Below are positions 240,908-248,000 of a stretch of 248,000 nt of DNA, piece after piece. Within the stretch, counting starts at the first letter, position 1, and each line of letters starts with the position of its first letter. This DNA comes from Wallemia ichthyophaga EXF-994. Lineage: Eukaryota; Fungi; Basidiomycota. Below the pieces are notes generated by a model that ran no database searches, was not told the DNA's origin, and saw only the letters and a program-made list of their open reading frames with translations. Both the position numbers and the translations under genes were made by a program. The stretch spans positions 20,001-268,000 of the forward strand of contig NW_008806283.1 of assembly GCF_000400465.1 (NCBI RefSeq), given 5' to 3'.

Positions 240908-242143
240908 ATGCCTTCATCATCGAAACCCACCCAAGTCGACGAAGAGGACCAGCGCAGGCAGCAGAATAGACTGGCCCAGCGTGAGTTCAGGCAGAGGAAG
241001 CAGCGCGAGAAAGACGAACTCAAGGCGAGGATTGAGTTTCTAGAGAGAGACCCAGATCAGCAATCGCAGCTTATGACTAGAGTTGCAAGGGAATTATACG
241101 CTGAGAACAATAGACTTCGAGCACTGGTACACTCTCTTAGCTCGTTTGTTGGCACTGGCGCTGGCTCGAGTTTGCACGGGTTGGGGTTAACACCGGCCCA
241201 GATGGATAATTTACTCAGTTACTCACGCGTTGAACCCGAAGTGGATGTTGGATTTGAAATGTTTATGCAGAATAGGAGTAGGCGTGGTGGCAGAGGTGAT
241301 GAGAATGATATCGGTAATAAGAGGCCCAGGTACAGTCTGTCGAATGGCAGTGATAGTGCTAGTCCCGTTAGTCATGCTCAGCGGCAGGCGCAGCCAGAGA
241401 CACACACGAGCGCACAGGCACAGTCACCGGCACAGCCCCACCCATACGCCCTCAATCACCTTCTCAACGATAACCTCAGCACTAGCCATGCCTCCTCTAC
241501 GCCCACCCAACCCCGCACAGACTTCCAAAACGACTGTTTCGTAATGATGTCATCCGACGACCCCGAATTTAACGTCTCCACAAAGTTAAACGGGGAAGAG
241601 ACAACGCTGTACAACTTTGCAAGTAGTCTGAAACACTACTCGAGTAGCAAGATGGTACAGGCAGCCCAGCTGATAGAGTACAATCTCAACAACTTCCGTG
241701 CTGACCAGAGCTACCACCTTCCTCCGTCACTCAAGCCATCCCTCATCCAACGCACTGTGCCACACGATAGCCTGATTGATGGTATACCCTTTGCCAGTCT
241801 GCGCGATAAGCTTATACTCAACTCTGACAGTAGCAGCAGTAGCAGCAGTAGCCACGAGCACGCACAGGCTCATGCTAGCCATGCCAACCACACCACAGAC
241901 ACCTCCAAAACCTCTCAATCTAACCCTAAAGTAGACGTGCGGCGCGTTATACGCATGCTGCTCACTTCCACTACTATACACGGCGAGGACGTCCTCAACG
242001 CCGATAATTGGGAACTCGACGACCGATTTTATGCCGACTACTTCTTTCTCACTGACAAGCACATGCTCGATACGAGTAATAAGTGGAGAGAGAGGAGTCA
242101 CAGGCCATTACTGGCCGGTGGGGAGATGAACCATCTGTTTTGA
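240908..242143 (+). CDS. bZIP-like DUF3425-type protein
   Basis: RRQQNRLAQREFRQRK, IDGIPFASLRDKL, NWEL. Confidence 0.8.
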   Translation: MPSSSKPTQVDEEDQRRQQNRLAQREFRQRKQREKDELKARIEFLERDPDQQSQLMTRVARELYAENNRLRALVHSLSSFVGTGAGSSLHGLGLTPAQMDNLLSYSRVEPEVDVGFEMFMQNRSRRGGRGDENDIGNKRPRYSLSNGSDSASPVSHAQRQAQPETHTSAQAQSPAQPHPYALNHLLNDNLSTSHASSTPTQPRTDFQNDCFVMMSSDDPEFNVSTKLNGEETTLYNFASSLKHYSSSKMVQAAQLIEYNLNNFRADQSYHLPPSLKPSLIQRTVPHDSLIDGIPFASLRDKLILNSDSSSSSSSSHEHAQAHASHANHTTDTSKTSQSNPKVDVRRVIRMLLTSTTIHGEDVLNADNWELDDRFYADYFFLTDKHMLDTSNKWRERSHRPLLAGGEMNHLF

Positions 242144-242256
242144 AGTGAGTGAGTGACTGTAGATGTAATATAAATAGTTGTAACGTGCATTCGAGTATAA
242201 TATATTACAGTGTGGTGTGTGTTTTGTGTGCCCTCTGGTATATATACACAAACTCA

Positions 242257-245037
242257 CTCGTCACGCGTCCTGAACACCTTCTCAACCGCGCCGTCGACGA
242301 CTCTGTATCCATTCGCCAGAAAAAGCTTCGAAGAGAGGAAGGGGGAGACATCGTACACCTCCACATCGTTTGCCTGGAGACAAGTTAGCGGAAATCACCA
242401 TACACACACCGACCCACCCTATTCTCAAGGTCCTTCAAAGGCACATGTACAGTCTCAGGATCGGTGAGGTGGTGTGCACGCCACGTTCTCACGCGCTCCT
242501 TGACTAGCTGACCCAGGAGGAAAGCAAGTAGTTCCTCTGAATCCTTAGCCTGGTGAACGTATTTGCGCAGGCCCTGTCAGAGGTAGTGAGCAAAAAGTGT
242601 GAAGAGTAAATAAAGCACAACGCACCCTCTCGAGTGTCTTTTTGACAGAAGTCTTCTGCGCACTAACGAAACTGCCGACAGTGACTTGAATAGCGAGATC
242701 GATATCGTCAGCGCGAACGAATTCACGTAGACTCATACGAGCAGCAGCCTCACTCATACGGATCATACTTTCTAAATGACGGACGGTGATGGGGAACGAA
242801 CCTGTAGCCAGACTCTCCCTGCGTAGGTCAGCGTATAACCTCGCCAGCTTGTCTTGATCAAGTTGGTGCAGTTTAGGCTTACACCTCTCGCGAGCGAACA
242901 TTATATACTTCTTCAAGACACCCTGATCAATAATCTCGGCATCCACACTTGTACCAACATCATTCTCGTCTACTTCCGCTTCGAAATCTGGGTGGGAGCG
243001 TAGATGAGAACCGACTACGAACTTGGCGAGCATCTCATCTACAATAGGGTCGACTGTGTCCTTTACCACGCAGAGCACATCAAAACGTGAGAGAATAGGT
243101 TCAGTGAGTTCCACATTCGCAGCAAAAGGTATAGTAGGGTTATAGCGACCGCGCAAGGGATTAGCTGCGGCGATAACGGCACAGCGTGCCTGTAGAGTAG
243201 TAACAATACCCGCCTTGCTAATACTGATGCTCTGCTGCTCCATTGCCTCATGGATAGAAGTACGATCAGCGTCGTTCATCTTGTCGAACTCATCGATAAG
243301 ACAGGTACCTTTATCGGCTAGTACCAACGCACCTCCCTCCAGTGTCCATTCACGCGTCATAGGATCCTTACGCACACTCGCAGTTAATCCCACAGCCGAC
243401 GCACCCTGTCCCGTTGTGAAAACGGCGCGATGTGCTGTCTTTTCAACATACTTGAGGAATTGCGATTTAGCTGTACCTGGATCACCTAGCAGAAGTACAT
243501 TAATGTCACCACGTATCCTATGCTTTCGGTTGACATCTTTGCTGACTCCTCCGAATAAACTTAAAGCTATAGCCGTCTTAATATCGTCATGACCGTATAT
243601 AGATGGCGCTATTGACTTGATGATTCGCTTGCGCACCCGCTCATCCCGCGCTAAATGACGAATTGCACGCTCATCTTCCTCGGTTAGTCTGAAGGCAGCA
243701 AACTCATCCTCCCGCTTGTTTACATAGTTAGCCTCAATTATCGTGCTAAATACTGGAAAACCATTCTTGGTGTTAAGGGAGGCGTCGAAATTGTTACGGT
243801 ATACCCCCGTCACTTCCACCTCCTCACCAGGTTTTGCATTGTCGATGAGGTCCCATAGGAGGATAACTTCACGGTGACGTGGGAGTCGGCCGGCTGGTAC
243901 ACTGCCCGGCGACTCCTGCAGAGTCATCTTTTGGTAGTTTCGGTAGACAGTCTGCTCACTGTTGACAACGAAAGGACCCTTGCTCTGGCAGTTGGAACAG
244001 AAGGAAATTTTTATCTCTTTGCTGCCATCCTGGTAGAAAGGACCAAGGGTGGTAGTGCATTTAGTGCAGTTGAAACGAACGTATTTGAGCTGAGGAAAGA
244101 CACCTGAACGACGAGTTACGACACCAGAGACACGAACGAGCTGGTTGAGGTCGGCTTGGCGGAGGTCTCGCAGGGTTTTGGCGGTAGGCAATTCAGTGAC
244201 GCGGACGTGGATTTCACTGTGTATACGCTCGTAGTCGGGGTAGTAGAGTAGGATAGCGTCGAGAGCGACGTCATCGAGGATTCTGAGGGTTTCGTGGGGT
244301 GCGTTGATGAGGAAGGAAGCGAGGATGGGCTTGTCTTGGAGGAGGTGGAGGTAGGAGATTTCGAGGGATTCAGAGTTCTGCTCACCGAGGGATTTGATAC
244401 GCTGGCCATAGACGGAGGAGCCGTGTTGATCAGTATAGGTCATGATGAAATTACGGAAATACTTGGCCACGCTGCGCCTGACGTTGTCAGCGTTGAGCCA
244501 TTCGTTAAGAGAAGCAGCTTTGACGTCGCCAAGATTCTCGAGAGGAATTTCATCGTCGTCGTTGTCGACGTCGTCGACATCAGGACGCTCATCGTAGTGG
244601 CGACGACGTCTTCTCTGTACGAGCAATCTGTTATCGGGATCGTCGTCATGGTCTGATTGCAAGAAAGCAGGAATTTTAGCGCGAGATTTGGGGTTGTGAA
244701 GACCAGCCTGTTTACGATCACGTCTCTCCAATTTAGCCTCAACAGCTCTGCGGGTGGAAGGATCTAACGCGTCAAAGTGGTCATCGTCGATCTGATCAGG
244801 ATCGTAGTAATCAAGGTTATTGTTGTTATTGTAATCGCCAGTCATATCATCGCCGAATAGATCTTCGCCGTCGTCGGGCTCGCCGAGCAAACCATCCACG
244901 TCGTCGTCGTCAACGTCACTGAAAGGATCTTGCGGCGGAGAGGAAGGCGGTGGGGGCGAAGACGGTGGAAGAGACGAGGCTATTGGAGATGATCTGACAT
245001 CGCCATTTGAAGATCTTCTACGCTTTTGAAGTGGCAT
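242257..245037 (-). CDS. MCM2: DNA replication licensing factor Mcm2
   Basis: GDPGTAKSQFLKY, IDEFDKM, SRFD. Confidence 0.97.
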
Positions 245038-245242
245038 TAGATACGCGTGCAGATGGCGCGTTAAAGAGATTGATTGAGACCAAGTTGGAATGCAATTAAA
245101 TATTTTACAAAATAGGAGAATGTAAGGATTGATTGATTGTTATATTATTATTATCAATCGAATAAATTGTCTAATGAAATAAATAATTTTTATCAATCGA
245201 ATAAATTTTCAAATCGAGTCTTCTCCTTGCACACCAGCAACC

Positions 245243-246932
245243 ATGTCCCCAAGCCATATTCTGTTTGAGAGCAGTGCTGGTTATTTATTATTGAAATGCA
245301 ACGCAATTGACCAAGTTGCCAATAAGTCCAAGCAAGTCCAAGATCAAATCAACGACTACCATCACTTCTCAAAGATGGTCAACATTATCTCCATTTACCC
245401 TTTCACTGACGCTGCCGAGGCTTTAAACAACGCAAACGCCATCTCTGAAGGTGTGAATATTTTCATTCACTCCACGCCTCTAACTCTTTCTAGGTGAACT
245501 CACCGACCAGCTCAACTCATTCCTTCAACAAAACTTACAAGGCGGCAGCAAGTCTGGTGTTGTCTTGGCCGTCTCCGATAAAGCCTTAGCCACCTCCATC
245601 AAATCCCAATTGAAAATTGAAGGTGACGTCTCTGACTTGGCTTTGGAACTCATTAGAGGTGTGCGTATCCACGCTGAGAAGCTCATCGATGGTCTCTCTC
245701 AAGGCGACCTCCTCAGAGCTCAACTTGGTCTCGGTCACTCTTACTCGCGTGCAAAGGTCAAGTTTAACGTTAACAGATCTGATAACATGATTATTCAAGC
245801 CATTGCACTCGTCGATCAACTCGATAAAGATGTTAACACTTTCTCCATGAGAGCAAGAGAGTGGTATGGTTGGCACTTCCCCGAATTGGTTAAGATTGTC
245901 CCAGACAACCACCAATACGCTCTCTGTGCTAGGTTGATCGGTGATAAATCTACTCTCACCGAGGATCTCATTCCTCAACTTATGGAAATCATCGACGACG
246001 ATGAAACTCGCGCTAGAAACGTAATCGACGCTGCTAGATCTTCAATGGGTACTGATATTTCCCCAATCGATCTCATCAACATTAAAAACTTTGCTGATAG
246101 AGTCGTTGGTCTTTCTCAATATAGGAAGAACCTCCACGCTTACCTTCTCGAAAAAATGCACCTCGTAGCTCCAAACTTATCTGCACTCATAGGTGAATTC
246201 GTTGGTGCAAGACTCATCTCACACGCTGGTTCCCTTACAAACCTCTCCAAGTACCCTGCATCAACTGTCCAAATTCTCGGTGCAGAGAAAGCACTCTTTA
246301 GAGCACTTAAAACTAAAGGTAACACTCCAAAGTATGGTCTCCTTTACCACGCTTCTGCTATCGGTAGAGCTGCTCCAAAGAATAAGGGTAGAATTTCTAG
246401 ATTCCTCGCTAACAAAGTTACAATCGCTTCAAGAATTGATTGCTTCAGTGATGCTCCAACTACTAAATTCGGTGAAGCTCTCAAAAATCAAGTTGAAGAA
246501 AGATTACAATTCTACGAATCCGGTCAAGCTCCTTCAAAGAACACGGATGTCATGAAGAAAGCTCTCGATGCTATTGCTGCCGATATGGATCTCGAAGATG
246601 AAGAAGATAGCGATGATGAAAAGATGGATGAAGATGCCAAACCAAAGCAGTCAGAGGAAGATAAAAAGGCTGCTGAGAAAGCCGCAAAGAAAGCCGCCAA
246701 AGCTGCTAAAAAGGAAAACAAGGAGGACAACCTAGACCAAGACGATGCAGACGAAAAGAAGAAGGAAAAGAAAGATAAGAAGAAGAGAAAGTCTGAAGTT
246801 GCAGAAGAATCGACTGAAGCTCAAGAATCTCCAAAGAAAGAAAAGAAGGATAAAAAGCGCAAGAGTGAAGGTGGTGAAACCAAAGAGGAGAAAAAGGCAC
246901 GTAAGCGAGCCAGCAAAGGTGGAGCTGAGTAA
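245243..246932 (+). CDS. NOP56: Box C/D snoRNP protein Nop56
   Basis: [33 protein letters not shown] tail. Confidence 0.95.
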
Positions 246933-247149
246933 ATTATCCTAGACTTTGTTTAACCTGTATTTTTATTCATTTCCATATTCACCTGACTTTTCAATCTTTT
247001 GTCATTTATCCAATGCTAATTCATTTATAGAAAATTGTACAAGAGAAGAGATGGCTAGAATAATAATTCTTCATGATAGGGGGAGTAGATATATATTAGA
247101 TTGTATATGCTGTAACCGTTAAAACGCGTCATCGTTAATAATAATATAT

Positions 247150-248000
247150 TTATTCAGCTGCGACAGCCGCAACTTTACCGAATGACTTTTCAACGCTATC
247201 AAAGATTGTTGCAAACTCTGGCGCCAAAGTAGAGAATTTCGCTTGATATGTCTTGAATTGCTGATTGGTGAATATGTTGAAGAATGTCAACAATAATCCC
247301 CATGGATGTGGCTTGGTAACAAGTAAGCGCTCAAGCAACACTCTTGTCAGTATTTCCACTACATTCTCGTTTACCCCGGCTGATTCTTCCAATATCTGCA
247401 AGCAAAGTTTATTGAACCAATACGTGTGAGACGATGGGTAGCGTAACTGGTTTGCAATACCACTGAGTATCAAGTAGCGAGCTATTTAACTTTGTTAGAT
247501 TTAAAATGGAGAAAAAAAACCTTCCGCTCACCCTCTGGATCAAGCTTGTTTACCAAAGTTTCGATCAATTTTACATTCGCACTACCGCCATCAAACTTGA
247601 CACTACCAATGTCCGCTTGTGAGCGAGTGATTGCATCGACACCAATAAATAGAACGAGTGAATTGATCACCGGGATCTTGTACTTCCACTCATCGCTCTC
247701 ATTCTCATTGCCAACCGACTCCAAAGTAATCTTCTGAATAATCTCACCAATAATAACTTCCTCATCTCCTCCATCAATATGCTTGTCCACCAAATTCTTT
247801 AAACCATTGTTGATAATGACTGACATGTAGTCTGAGGAGATGGTTGGATTGTTTTGACTTTCTGACATCACCTCAATGTCAATTGTTGGCAAGAATGGGT
247901 CTGGCAATGTGCTTGTGGCTGCATTTCTTGGATATGCACTAAGAATCAAATTGCGAAGCTGAGTGCAAGATGATGGTATAACATCAATCAAGCCGCCGTA
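247150..248000 (-). CDS. NOT1: CCR4-NOT scaffold Not1, C-terminal part
   Basis: QLRNLILSAYP, NQLRYPSSHT, KPHPWGLL. Confidence 0.95.

Overview
Gene-dense fungal chromosome segment with about 145 protein-coding genes, short GT-AG introns and very tight intergenic spacing. The gene content (class V/VII myosin-motor chitin synthase, MP88-like mannoprotein, class I hydrophobin, STRIPAK, Hok1) points to a basidiomycete with a compact genome. Wallemia is my best guess, and that is inference only. Most genes are housekeeping. The parts the ORF track misses are more interesting: (1) a cluster at 35-45 kb of at least 7 related small secreted-peptide precursor genes and pseudogenes, several cut by Kex2-type KR sites; (2) five dispersed, decayed copies of one unidentified intron-containing protein gene; (3) two near-identical U3 snoRNA genes in inverted orientation; (4) two Rds1-like ferritin-fold genes in inverted orientation; (5) a secreted two-domain Cys-rich protein with preprotoxin-like architecture; (6) two intron-containing tRNAs. 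No CRISPR arrays, rRNA or intact transposase were recognised. Gene names come from motif recognition without database searches. Boundaries of multi-exon genes are approximate.
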